NCBI RefSeq assembly: GCF_006345805.1
Contig: NC_042998.1
Location: 192,448,001 to 192,512,000 of the forward strand
From: Octopus sinensis
Lineage: Eukaryota
Reading direction: 5' to 3'
DNA: 64,000 bases
Shown here: positions 25,481-38,608 of the stretch, piece by piece
Position numbering within the stretch: position 1 is the stretch's first letter
Layout of the letters: each line of letters starts with the position of its first letter
Translations under genes and position numbers: made by a program
The notes under the pieces: generated by a model
What the model was told of the DNA's origin: nothing
Seen by the model: only the letters and a program-made list of their open reading frames with translations
Databases searched by the model: none

Positions 25481-27205
25481 ACTCAAATGAATATGTTCAT
25501 AATTGCGTATATGCATTTCATCAGCATGTATATGTGTATTTTTATGCGTCTATTATTTGATTTACATATGCATACCCGTTTGTAAAAATTTATGGGTGTG
25601 CATAAATACCCTTGCGTATGGTTGGTTGGCTGGCTGTCTGAAAGGCTGTATGTGTGTATGTGTGTATGTGTGAGAGATCAACATATTATTGATAAGTCTG
25701 CACATGAATAATTTCTCCACATTGATCCCTTATAAACTATTTTATTACTTAACATTTATTCTGTGACTTTCCTCTCTCTCTCGATGTTGCAAAATATCCA
25801 CAAACCTATAATTAAATGTGACATCTTACAGAAGCCTACTTCCATCTCCCTTTTATCTCGGTACAGCACTTCGTTATTTCTATAACACTTGATGGACGGT
25901 TACAAACACTGACTCGCCCACCCTCCTCCACTCCTTTATTGATTATATTATTAATTTTACGTAATTATAACGTTTCTCTCGAAGTAACAACTGCATTATT
26001 TATATAGACGCATGCATGGTGGCTAGGGAGTTCAATTCGCAACCACCCTACCGTTCTAGATTCAATCCCACTGCGCGGTTCCTTTTTTCTTTTCCTTCTG
26101 ATCTAGATTGCTGCATGCTTTCACATGAGCAGCCCATTCGCTCGTCTCGCCTCTTCGCGCCAGCTTCGTTGTATCCCTTCTTCCAGACCCCACAATAAAT
26201 ACTTCAACCAGTCCTCTTTCCCATAACTGCATCCGTTTGGTATACCCTCCCCACCAACATTTCTCCAATTTAGAAATATTCAACATGAATACTAATCTCA
26301 TGGACCAAACGCTGGCAGTCTCTAGCGGAAGGTAACAAAATAATTTTATATTTCAAATAATTTACGCTCATTTGCAAAGATCTTGTTATAAAGTTAGGAA
26401 ACTGGTGTTTTATTTAGTAAAGCTTGTATGTATCAATATTTTCCCAACTCCCGGGTGTTCTTCAGAATATAAATTCTGGTTTATTGCACATTATGCCAAT
26501 AACTGCTACAGTTAACTTTCTCAAAATATACTTCATGTAGTTAAATTAGTTTTAACATATTTAATACAGTGACCATCAAAAATCTTATTTGCAGTGAGGA
26601 AAAGACATTATTCACGTTGACCAGTGCAATTTCAGTAAGAATAAGATATTATTTCAGATATTTTTCCGCGTTATCAGACCTCCTCAGCAAAAGTTTTTTT
26701 TTTTATATAATCGTCAAGTGTAACTAGGCTAATTAATTTAAAGGAGTCGCGATGGTTAAAATGCTTTGCTTAAAGATACAATAGAATGCAGACGTAGAAC
26801 CATTTAAGTATGTTGAAGATGTAACTGCCATCTACAGTTGTGTGTATTTGTCTGTATCTGTCTGCAGATAGTTGGACACAGGTATAACAAGTAGTTAAGA
26901 ATCTTGATCAGCTATCATAATATCCCAAATTCGATCCCACTGCGTAGCAAGTTGGGCAAAATGTCTCATACCACAGCCTTTGGTTAACTTAGACCTTGTG
27001 ACGGATCTTGAGTAGAGATGAAACTGTGCAGACGCTTACAAAATTAACTGTGCCTTTAAGTCAAAGGCCGAGCTGATTCTGCCTGAGGATTATGCGTAAC
27101 TGTGGAATACTCAGCCAGTTATCCTATAATTCAGTGAGCAAGTAGTTCAGTTGATCGAACCACCGGAATACTTATTGCTGAAACCAGAATGCATGCCTGT
27201 GTAAG

Positions 27206-27400
27206 GCAGTGGGCTTGCAGAATCGTTAGCACACCGGACAAAATATTTAACGGCATTTCTTCCGGCTTTCTAGGTTCTGAGTTCAAATTCCGCCGAGGTC
27301 AACTTTGTTTTTCATCCTTTCGGAGGATGGTGATAGAATAAGTACCAGTTGGACACTGGGATCGATGTAATCGACTAGTCCTTTGCCCACCTAATTATCA
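27206..27400 (+). mobile_element. SINE group A (A2)
   Basis: Match to family. Confidence 0.7.
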
Positions 27401-27755
27401 ATCAAGTGCTCTTCTACAAGATTGCTGAATGTGTTAGAAATAGCAGTTTACTTCCCTCAAATCACACCCTGACGTATCCTGAAAAAGTAAGGGACACATA
27501 CAACAATCTTGTTCTAAAATATATTAAAAAAAATGTGGTGATGGCCATAGATTGAAGGCCAGTCAAAAGATGACAATAAAAGAAGGATGGAATGGTCATA
27601 ACTGGAATGTCTCATCATGGATCTCTTCGATCAGGGCTAACCTTGGAAGGGGATCTAAAACAATAGCAACAATTCCACTGGAATTAAAAGAAATAAAATA
27701 TTAAGGCCCAAGGAGATGAGACACAACGATGCCCAGAAAGGCTATTGCATTTTCC

Positions 27756-28186
27756 GGATCTTTTCGGTTTGAACGGCAGTTTTTTCTAGCGGTGTCATAT
27801 GAAATTGTCATCCATAATTATGACCCTAGTATCGATCTATTGCATCTCAATGTGTTTTAGGGTTAGGGTTACTTAGGGTTAGGCTTAGGGGTGGGGGAAG
27901 GGTATCTTTTTTTTCTTCACAAATGTAAATAAACCAAATCTGTTTCTTAAACGAGGGACATATTCATACGGCACAGAATGTTGTTTAGCTCAATGGACGT
28001 CATTGATTGGTTGAAATGGCAGAAATTGAACAAAAAACAATAAATATCTTACAAACTATAGAAGTTTCTCAATAAAGCCATGAGAAAAATATGTTTTATA
28101 AACACATTCTACCAGTATACGAAGTTTAAAATTTTTTAGTTACCTAGAAATTATGTTAAAAACTGCCGTTCAAACCGAAAAGATCC
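27756..28186 (+). mobile_element. TTAGGG-containing MITE, copy 5
   Basis: TSD CATTTTCC. Confidence 0.9.
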
Positions 28187-28611
28187 CATTTTCCCTCTCA
28201 AGAAAACCAGTCTAGAGTTTATCAGAATAAATTTCAATGCTTCAGTATTTTCATACTTTTATATCAACTACTTTAGCTGTTCCTATTGTAGAGAACTTCT
28301 TTTATTCTGTAGCACTTAGAGGTTGGAATATTGTCAGATGGTCGTTGATGTATAACCACAGCTAACACGCAGTGATGGAGTATATCTTCCTCTTTACACA
28401 AAGGTCATTATCCTGAAGAAAGAACAAACAGAAATCAATAATTTATGATTTACTGTTTAGTTTTGGTTCTTTTTCATTTTTTCTTTTCCATAGTAGAGAT
28501 TTCTTTTTCTTGCTACTCGCAAAAATCTTGGTCCTCTGGAAAAAAAATGCGGATAACAATATTCACAAGATATTTATGGCATGAATGTCTCTCTCTCTCT
28601 CTCTTTTTCGC

Positions 28612-28646
<35 letters not shown>

Positions 28647-29509
28647 ATCCATCTCTCACTCTCTCTTTCCAGTTTTGAAGATTTAATAGAACGTCAGAGT
28701 TAATGATTTTACTTGATTAATCGCTATCTGGCCTGAATAACTAATAATTTCTAACTGTGCGGTGATTTCACATTCATTTGAAAAGCAAATTATTGAATTT
28801 TTTTTAATTAAAAAGAATCATATGTAAATTTCCATTTAGTTTTTGTGTATTCATATGGAATGATTGACGGATATTAGTAGTTTGGCTTAACTCTTACCAC
28901 ACAAAAGAAGAAAAAAAACAACCATACCCCTTTTTTGCGTTAAATCAAGCACAAATGTGTCATTTTATTTTTTAAAATTCTACTGAAAGTAAAATATGTT
29001 TATATTTTGCAGAAATACGTTGAGTGTAAGATATTATGAAACATATGTTCTACTTCCTTTCTTTCTCATCTCAAATATCAATTTATAAACAAATACAGAT
29101 TCACATTTGGTTTGATTTATTTCTTTGGTTTTGTTGTTTATTTCAATTGTTTTGTTTGGTTATGCGTCTTCTGATCTCCACCGCAAATTTCTACGACCCT
29201 GGCTATGCTACGTACTCAGACAATAAATCTAATTTTAGGATAATATAATTTCACATTTACTGTTTACGTCAGAAACAGTCATTCACTTGAATTATCATTA
29301 AAGTAGTTATTTGCATAATTAGCTATAATGAAAAGAAAACATAAATTATGGTTGATATTTTCAAGGGCCTATTGGCTCCAACCTCAGAACTTTGAAACTA
29401 TAAATGAGCTCGAAAGTGGAACTACGCTGACCATTTCTTGAATTCAGAGCTGAACCATAAATCAATGTTAATGTTTAATTGTGAGAGAAATATAGCAAAA
29501 ATAATTATA

Positions 29510-30086
29510 CTCTTTTACTCTTTTACTTGTTTCAGTCATTTGACTGTGGCCATGCTGGAGCACCGCCTTTAGTCGAACAAATCGACCCCAGGACTTATTC
29601 TTTGTAAGCCTAGTACTTATTCTATCGGTCTTTTTTGCCGAATCGCTAAGTTACGGGGACGTAAACACACCAGCATCGGTTGTCAAGCGACGTGGGGGGG
29701 GGGGCAAACACAGACACACAAACACACACACACATACATACATATACATATATATACGACGAACTTCTTTCATCAGTTTCCGTCTACCAAATCCACTCAC
29801 AAGGCTTTGGTCAGCCCGAGGCTATAGTAGAAGACACTTGCCCAAGGTGCCGCGACGTTGGGGGGGGGCACAAACATAGACATACAAACACACACACACA
29901 TATATACATATACATATATATACGACGGGCTTTTTTTCAGTTTCCGTCTACCAAATCCACTCACAAGGCTTTGCTCAGTCTGAAGCTATAGTAGAAGACA
30001 CTTGCCCAAGGTGCCACGCAGTGGGACTGAACCCAGAACCATGAGGTTGGTAAGCAAGCTACTTACCACACAGCCACTCCTGCGCC
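29510..30086 (-). mobile_element. SINE group B (tRNA head, CORE-like ccttgggcaag block, internal microsatellite) with an internal duplication
   Basis: Reverse match; a ~165-bp internal segment occurs twice. Confidence 0.85.
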
Positions 30087-30774
30087 TATAAATTATCTAA
30101 TTTTTTTTTTTTTTTTTTGCTTTGGGTAAGTTGATAATCTACTTCATCGTCATAGCGTTAACTATTTTAGTTAATATACGACTTTCTAATATAAAAAGTA
30201 CCACAATCGTTTTACCCTCCACGACGCGTTGCAATATGCGTCGTTATTGCAGCAAATGCCAAGCACTTCAGCTCTGTTTTATCTCATCTTGATATCACAA
30301 GTGTCTGGCTCTTTTACCGTGTAAACACCACTTATACATTCATTGGATGCAGATCAAAATTGAAATTTCAAATCTTTATCATCTTAGTTTTAATGAAGAA
30401 AATGTCAGATAATTGTCAAAGCACCGTCTGAACATTTTAGGAAGTGTGATAGAAATATAATACCAATATTTGCTGTTTTAATAAATTTTTTTTTCCTGTT
30501 TTTTTTGTTGTTTTTTTTTTTTGTTTTTTTTGTTTTTTTTTTCTCTTGACATCTATACTGTTGTTGCTTTTAACATTATTTTCTTCTCTTGAAAGTGATA
30601 TCAGGATAGAAAAGTGTTTATCGCCCATATTTCTTTTATTCATTTATTTATTTATTGTAAGCAATATATTTATTTTACTTTAAATATCCAGTCAATCTGT
30701 CCTCTTTGATTGTATGAAACAATCTTTTCACAATAGACAGTAACACCTCTTTAACACTGATACCAACTACAGTA

Positions 30775-30823
<49 letters not shown>

Positions 30824-31544
30824 GCTATCTTAAATTAATCTCACTTGCCATGCCACTTCTAGATTCCTAGAATTCTATTGTAGACTGACACCAATCAGTC
30901 CTGGTCAAGCTGATCAATCAGCCAAAGGTATTCTAGCCATGGTTATTCTGTCTTTTTGTATACCTTCGGTTATATCTAGAACTAAATTGTTCTAAAGTGA
31001 CCTTACTTTTTGAAAATGGCAGGGTATTAAGGTAAGATCTGGGTGCTATTTCTAGCATGCAGGGCAACCACGTAGTGACTCACTATTTCGACAATATAAA
31101 AAGTTGGTGCTAGGTATAATCACTGGACATGGATATACTGCAATTCTTTGAAAGTTTTAATTTCTAATCAGTTTCAAATGCATTTAAGTCTTCTTTTACA
31201 ATTAACGATATTTATGTTCAAATGAGACAGTTCCCAAATTTGGATGAGTCCTTGTTTCAAAGATGTTTCAGGACAAACAATAAAACTTCTGTACACACTT
31301 CCTTATCGAACATAGATTCCTTTACGTAGGTTCCACTAAGTGGTTTCTCATCCTGCTAGAAATAACTAGTTAATCTCTCTGAATTTAAATACTCTATCAT
31401 CTTTAAGGAAAAAAACAGAGGGTGCATTACAAATGTTGTCCTGAATACAATATATCTAGAAAACAAGCTGGAATGATTATTGCTCGAATGGACTTGATCA
31501 TAGATCTACCGATTAAAGTTGTACTAGAGCTTACAACAATAAGG

Positions 31545-31745
31545 ATTTCAAATTTTGGCACAAGGCCAGCAATTTTAGGGGACTTGCTAAGTCAATTACA
31601 TCGATACCAGTTCTCTTGACTGGTACTTTATTTTATCAACGCCGAAAGGATGAAATGCAAACCTATATTTGAACTCAGAACGTAGAGAGCGGGAAAAACT
31701 GCCGCCAAGCATTTCGTCCAACGTGCTAACGATTCTGCCAGATCG
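31545..31745 (-). mobile_element. SINE group A (A2)
   Basis: Reverse match to family. Confidence 0.7.
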
Positions 31746-31808
31746 CTACATTTGATATTACAAGTCACAGAATATACATATATTTCCTGTTAGTTTTCAT
31801 TTATACAC

Positions 31809-32220
31809 CTACGCAGGAGTGGCTGTGTGGTAAGTAGCTTGTTTACCAGCCACATGGTTCCGGGTTCAGTCCCACTGCGTGGCACCTTGGGCAAGTGTCT
31901 TCTACTGTAGCCTCGGGCCGACCAAAGCTTTGTGAGTGGATTTGGTAGACGGAAACTGAAAGAAGCCCGTCGTATATATGTATATATATGTAGATATGTA
32001 TGTGTGTGCGTGTATGTTTGTGTTTGTCCCCCTAGCATTGCTTGACAACCGATGCTGGTGTGTTTACGTCCCCGTCACTTAGCGGTTCGGCAAAAGAGAC
32101 CGATAGAATAAGTACTGGGCTTACAAAAGAATAAGTCCCGGGGTCGAGTTGCTCGATTAAAGGCGGTGCTCCAGCATGGCCGCAGTCAAATGACTGAAAC
32201 AAGTAAAAGAGTAAAAGAGA
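31809..32220 (+). mobile_element. SINE group B, full length
   Basis: gcaggagtggctgtgtggtaag head, ggttcagtccc B box, (AGAGTAAA)n tail. Confidence 0.9.
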
Positions 32221-32770
32221 GACTACGAAATAGCATCCATTTCTTCTGTAAATAAAGAAAATTATTTCGCCTGGTTTTTTGGATGGAGGTGGGATTGAAT
32301 ATCCATCTTTTTTTATCTATTTTCGGTGCCAAATCAGTTATTTATCTAATTGGTTTTGCTCATACCTTTTGACTAATATCTATGACGTATAGTTTCAGAG
32401 TTCAGACATTAATATCAGTTAGTTACGAAAGATGATTCAAGTTCACATTATACGCTAATTGAATTCCATAAAGTCCAGTCACTGGAATCGTATGTTGATT
32501 AATTTGAAATATAAACTGTAACAGTACTACTTGTTAAATTATAACAATTTTACTCTTGCCAAATAAATTGTGTAAGGAAAGCCACAGAGAAATATCTAAA
32601 TAAGTTAATTACCAGTAATCAAAGATCTTATAAGAATAATTATCAAAACTAATATCAATGTGATTTTCAATATCCTGATAGCGAAATGATATCTACAAAC
32701 GGCGGTGCATCAGCATGGCCGCAGCTCTGAGCTGAAACTTTAAAAAAAATAAAAATATTAATGTTAACAG

Positions 32771-32935
32771 TAGGCGCAGGAGTGGCTGTGTGGTAAGTAG
32801 CTTCCTAACCAAACACATGGTTCCGGGTTCAGTCCCACTGCGTGGCATCTTGGGCAAGTGTCTTCTGCTATAGCCCCGGGCCGACCAATGCCTTGTGAGT
32901 GGATTTGGTAGACGGAAACTGAAAGAAGCCTGTCG

Positions 32936-32978
<43 letters not shown>

Positions 32979-33183
32979 TTGTCCCCCCTAGCATTGCTTG
33001 AAAACCGATGCTGGTGTGTTTACGTCCCCGTCACTTAGCGGTTCGGCAAAAGAGACCGATAGAATAAGTACCGGGCTTACAAAGAATAAGTCCCGGGGTC
33101 GATTTGCTCGACTAAAGGCGGTGCTCCAGCATGGCCGCAGTCAAATGACTGAAACAAGTAAAAGAGTAAAAGAGTAAAAGAGT
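32771..33183 (+). mobile_element. SINE group B, full length
   Basis: Same head, B box and tail as 31809-32220. Confidence 0.9.
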
Positions 33184-33549
33184 TAAATTACCGAATCCCG
33201 GTCAATATATTTTTGCTTTTGTTGTTGTCGTTATTGTTAATGTTTAGCTTCCAGAAGTCATAACATTGTAGATTTATGGTCGGAGATGTTCCAAGCGTGA
33301 TCATTGTCCGTCAGCAGGCCGATGGTCAATGTAGAAGCTCCGTTGTTGCCTTGTATGCTATTATTCTGGGTTCGATGATACTAAGATACCTTTCATCATT
33401 TTATAGTGGTTAAAATTAATAGAAGTAATATACCAGGGCTCTGCCCAATAGTGTAAGATTTTAACCTCCCTTAAGAAAAAGAAAAATACATTTCGTAATA
33501 TGGAAAAAGGCAGCTCAAACATTTTGAACGTAAAGCGTAAAAGATAATA

Positions 33550-34507
33550 TATTTCTTTACTGCCCACAAGGGACTAAACACAGAGGGGACAAAAAAGGAC
33601 AGACGAAGGGATTGAGTCGATTATATCGCCCCCAGTGCGAAACTGATACTTTATTTATCGACCCCGAAAGGATGAAAGGCAAAGTTGACCTCGGCGGAAT
33701 TTGAACTCGGAACGTAACGACAGACGAAATACCTATTTCTTTACTACCCACAAGGGGCTAAACACAGAGGGGACAAACAAGGACAGACGAAGGGATTGAG
33801 TCGATTATATCGCCCCCAGTGCGTAACTGGTACTTAATTTATCGACTCCGAAAGGATGAAAGGCAAAGTTGACCTCGGCAGAATTTGAACTCAGAACGTA
33901 ACGACAGACGAAATACCTATTTCTTTATTACCCACAAGGGGCTAGACACAGAGGGGACAAACAAGGACAGACGAAGGGATTGAGTCGATTATATCGCCCC
34001 CAGTGCGAAACTGGTACTTAATTTATCGACCCCCGAAAGGATGAAAGGCAAAGTTGACCTCGGCAGAATTTGAACTCGGAACGTAACGACAGACGAAATA
34101 CCTATTTCTTTACTACCCACAAGGGGCTAAACACAGAGCGGACAAACAAGGACAGACGAAGGGATTGAGTCGATTATATCGCCCCCAGTGCGTAACTGGT
34201 ACTTAATTTATCGACCCCCGAAGGATGAAAGGCAAAGTTGACCTCGGCAGAATTTGAACTCAGAACGTAACGACAGACGAAATACCTATTTCTTTATTAC
34301 CCACAAGGGGCTAAACACAGAGGGGACAAACAAGGACAGACGAAGGGATTGAGTCGATTATATCGCCCCCAGTGCGAAACTGGTACTTAATTTATCGACC
34401 CCCGAAAGGATGAAAGGCAAAGTCGTCCTCGGCGGAATTGAACTCGGAACGTAACGACACACGAAATACCACTAAGCATTTCGCCCGGCGCGCTAACGTG
34501 TCTGCCA
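33550..34507 (-). repeat. SINE A pentamer (head + five ~183-bp units)
   Basis: Five head-to-tail units with identical junctions. Confidence 0.92.
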
Positions 34508-34605
34508 AATGTTGTTGCTAAAGAAGCTATTGCACTTTTTTAGCCGAAGGTCAACCCTAATTGAGAAGACCTATGAACAAAAACATTCTAGCCTTGACCA
34601 TCCTT

Positions 34606-35117
34606 TGCGTGTGTGTGTGTGTGTGTGTGTGTGTGCGTACGTGTGTGCGTGTGTGTGTGTGTGTGTGCGTGCGTGTGTGTGTGCGTGCATGTGTGTGCGT
34701 GCATGTGTGTGTGTGCGGCGTGTGTGTGCGTGCGTGTGTGTGCGTGCGTGTGCGTGCGTGTGTGTGCGTGCGTGTGTGTGCGTGCGTGTGTGTGTGTGCG
34801 TGCGTGTGTGTGCGTGCGTGTGTGTGTGTGTGTGTGCGTGCGTGTGTGTGTGCGTGCGTGGTGTGTGTGCGTGCGTGTGTGGTGTGCGTGCGTGTGTGTG
34901 TGTGTGTGCGTGCGTGTGTGTGTGCGTGCGTGTGGTGTGTGTTGTGTGTGCGTGCGTGTGTGTGCGTGCGTGTGTGTGTGTTGTGTGCGTACGTGTGTGC
35001 GTGCGTGGTGTGTGTTGTGTGCGTGGTGTGTGTGCGGCGTGTGTGTGTGTGTGTGTGCGTGCGTGTGTGTGTGCGTGCATGTGTGTGTGTGCGGCGTGCG
35101 TGTGTGTGTGTGTGTAT
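34606..35117. repeat. (TG)n/(TGCG)n alternating purine-pyrimidine tract
   Basis: Direct reading. Confidence 0.95.
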
Positions 35118-35859
35118 TTTGATCAAATAGTAATTCCGGGGCTACATTATCCAAAATTCTGTTACTACTTTAAAAATGATGAAGCATTACTTTTAGAAAA
35201 GTATAGCTACTATTATTAGCTAGTCGATCAGCCACGTAGAGTCTCTCTTATTGATTCGATAACCATCTACAGGCTTCTTTGGTGGCTCTTGTGAGTATAT
35301 TTATCGAGGTTTTGAGTTATTGTTCGTCTCTCCTTCCAGTGAAGAATTATACACCTGTCAACTGGTAAAAGATGTTTTCAATAAAGAAAACACGCAAGAT
35401 ACAATTTACCTGTACACACATATTTGTATTGAATTTCGTTGTGAAAATCTTAAATATATTATATCTCATCTACTCAGACTTAATTTTTTATATCCTTTCG
35501 AGAAATTAGATTTTTCTTTTTTCACTAAATAATTGTTCACTATGTCGTTCTCAAAATCTCATAAATTCAATAAACAGTAGACAGACATTTTTCAGAAAAT
35601 ACTATTTATATTTTAATGATTTCAGTCTTATTTAATGATATTTTTTGGTTTTATTTATTCCTGCGAAAATGAAGAAAACAGTATTTGTAAAAATGAAGCC
35701 AAAAGAAAAAAATAAAGTTAGATGTGTATAAAAGGTAATTTCATTTATGGAAGCTTAGAGAAAATTACTAACTGGTTTCGAAGAAGGAAATTGTGACAGT
35801 TTCTTTTTAATTATCTATTAGTAGGGCACGTGTAACTAATTGCCTTGTCATAACTAAAG

Positions 35860-35970
35860 GAATGATGCACTACCGTCTAATGACAAAGGCTCATGACGAC
35901 TTCGTTGACAAGAACCATATAAATAGAATATTCCCGGGAGAATACAAAGATAGCTTCACGTTGGGTTCCT
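35860..35970 (+). CDS. Candidate internal exon (phase 1-1, 111 nt), unknown protein
   Basis: Open frame GMMHYRLMTKAHDDFVDKNHINRIFPGEYKDSFTLGS ending at CCT|GTAAGT in unique sequence. Confidence 0.35.
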
Positions 35971-36274
35971 GTAAGTGATTTTTACAAGACACTATTTTGA
36001 CAAGTTAAACCAATTGTTAAAGTGTGAAGAAAAGGAGAATTGTCTCCAGTTCTTCACTGGTGCTTTATTTATAGATGCCAAATGGATGAAAGGCAAAGCT
36101 GACCTCAGTGAGATTTGAACTCAACATGCTGAGATCCGAAACTGTAAAAACTCACCACCCTATTATAAGAATAGAAATAAATTTAAGTCATTCTTTGAAA
36201 ATACTCTTCAATTGGTTTTTATAATATTAATAATATATATTATATATTATAATTATATATTATAATATATATAA

Positions 36275-36669
36275 TAGGCGCAGGAGTGGCTGTGTGGTAA
36301 GTAACTTGCTTACCAGCCACATGGTTCCGGGTTCAGTCCCACTGCGTGGCACCTTGGGCAAGTGTCTTCTACTATAGCCTCGGGCCGACCAAAGCCTTGT
36401 GAGTGGATTTGGTAGACGGAAACTGAAAGAAGCCAGTCGTATATATGTATATATATGTGCGTGTGTGTTGGTGTGTCTGTGTTTGTCCCCCTAGCATTGC
36501 TTGACAACCGATGCTGGTGTGTTTATGTCCCCGTCACTTAACGGTTCGGCAAAAAAGACCGATAGAATAAGTACTGGGCTTACAAAGAATAAGTCCCGGG
36601 GTCGAGTTGCTCGATTAAAGGTGGTGCTCCAGCATGGCCGCAGTCAAATGACTGAAACAAGTAAAAGAG
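36275..36669 (+). mobile_element. SINE group B
   Basis: Full-length match. Confidence 0.9.
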
Positions 36670-36781
36670 AGTATATGTGGGTGCCTATATTATTAGGTAT
36701 TCAACCAGTATTATCTTGGATATTTCTATCCCTCCGAGGTTTATATCCTCACTTGTACTTTGATTAAAGGAGATTTTACAT

Positions 36782-37280
36782 ACACATAAGATCATTAAAA
36801 GCCACAAACAACCGAAATCACTAAAAAAGATCCTCACAAAGGCAAAATTATTTTCTAAAATAACAGACGCAAAAGTGAAAAAAATGTGGTAGACCAAATT
36901 GCGCAACATGCCCAAACCTTCTAGAAGGATCAGAATTCCTTTTCAAAGAGGGATAAAAATTCAGAATCAAATCTGACTTTACTTGTGCTTCAGAAAACCT
37001 GAGTTATGTTATAAGATGCTCGGGCTGCCACCAAAAGTACATAGGCTCCACGGGATTATCGCTCAGACGCAGATGCTGTCTGCATCGACAGCAGATTGCA
37101 TTCTCAGAATACAGAATGATACCCTGTAGTGAACATGTTGAGAAATGCGCAAAGCAACTGCTACTGCAATTTGTAATCTTTCCATTCTATCAATGTGCCA
37201 CTGGAACACCAACACAAGTTAGATTAAGTAAGGAAACCTACTTCATTGAAAAATATAAGCCAAAGCTTAACCATTTCTAG
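36782..37280 (+). pseudogene. Penelope-like element C-terminus: linker and GIY-YIG endonuclease
   Basis: KKCGRPNCATCPNL...FRIKSDFTCASENLSYVIRCSGCHQKYIGSTGLSLRRR..HRQQI...EH...KETYFIEKYKPKLN*; one in-frame stop at ~36954. Confidence 0.85.
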
Positions 37281-37700
37281 CATTTTTAAATAAGGAAACT
37301 TACCTCATTGAAAAAAAATATAAAGCAAAACCTAACCACTTGTAACATTCTTTTCTTTATAAACCAAACTTTAAATTAATAAAACCTAGTCATTCCCAAC
37401 ATTTTTTATTATCTCCCTTATACCGAAACAATTCCTGGTTACCTTCCCCTGTCTGGAACTCCATATTTCACAACATAGCGAAGAGATGACACAATATAGG
37501 TAAAGAAATTTGAGAAATTTGAAAAGAAAATACAAAACAGGTTATTTCTCCAAAAACAAATTTTATAGCATTTTTATAACAACAATTTAAATATATTCTT
37601 TAAACATATAATACAAGCTTTCTTTATACATCCAACCACGTGCTTTCACATACCAACATTCTCACCTATATATACATACATACATACATACATACATACA

Positions 37701-37837
37701 GGCGTGGCTGTGTTAAGAATTTTACTTCCCAACCACATGGTTCCGGGTTCAGTCGTACAATGTGACACCTTGGGAAAGTGCCTCACATAGCCATGGGCTG
37801 ACCAATGCTTTGTGAGTGGATTTGATAGGTGAAAACT

Positions 37838-37891
<54 letters not shown>

Positions 37892-38090
37892 GATAGAAAT
37901 GTGCGTCTTTGTGTTGGTCCCCCACCATCGTTTAACAACTGGTGTTAGTCCCTTTATGCCCCCATAAGTAGCGGTTCGGCAAAAGAGATCGATAGAATAA
38001 GTACCAGGCTTTAAAAAGTAAATACTGGGGTCGATTCGTTCAAGACTGTCCCGTCATGTCTGCAGTCTAGTGACTGAAACAAGTAAAAGT
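37701..38090 (+). mobile_element. Diverged SINE group B with internal (GATA)n
   Basis: Head and tail match; the internal repeat is of a different type. Confidence 0.75.
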
Positions 38091-38091
38091 A

Positions 38092-38146
<55 letters not shown>

Positions 38147-38370
38147 ATATAATAATATTAGGGAGTGTGGCTCCAAACTTACAGGGATAAATTAGATTTA
38201 GTATTAAATCAAATTTCTCAGTATAAAAATATAAAATATGAATTAGAGATAAAACCCCAAAAAATTACATATTTATATATATATTATATATTATATTTAT
38301 ATTATTTGTTATTTATGTATTGGTTTATGTCTATCACTGAGTTGCCTATTAGAGGTTTTATCTCTAATTC

Positions 38371-38400
<30 letters not shown>

Positions 38401-38402
<2 letters not shown>

Positions 38403-38608
38403 GGAAAAAAGCAACAAGAATGGATTAAAATCACGGTACGATCGTTTCGTACGAGGACATCTTTAATAAGCTACAAAAATGCAGTGAATACAGATGGCTG
38501 ACGAGTACAAGCCATCTGTATTCACTGCATTTTTTGTAGCTTATTAAAGATGTCCTCGTACGAACGATCGTACCGAGATTTTAATCCATTCTTGTTGCTT
38601 TTTTCCTA
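38401..38608. repeat. Near-perfect inverted repeat (99-bp arms, 10-nt loop) containing a hammerhead motif
   Basis: Arms 38401-38499 and 38510-38608; CTGACGA at 38498. Confidence 0.9.

Noticed and set aside
28300-28420. Strong minus-strand acceptor (tttctgtttgttctttcttcag)
   Set aside because: All three downstream frames stop within ~50 nt and there is no convincing donor
31422-31619. HYKCCPE resembling nicotinic receptor loop C
   Set aside because: The following residues do not match PY.D(I/V)T, there is no other LGIC motif, and the ORF runs into a SINE
31809-31880. tRNA-like A/B boxes at SINE heads
   Set aside because: No complete cloverleaf, and each continues into a SINE body; not called as tRNA genes
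33550-34507. CRISPR-like appearance of regular repeats (also 49511 and 53355)
   Set aside because: The units are ~183-bp SINE bodies with no unique spacers, there are no cas genes, and the context is eukaryotic
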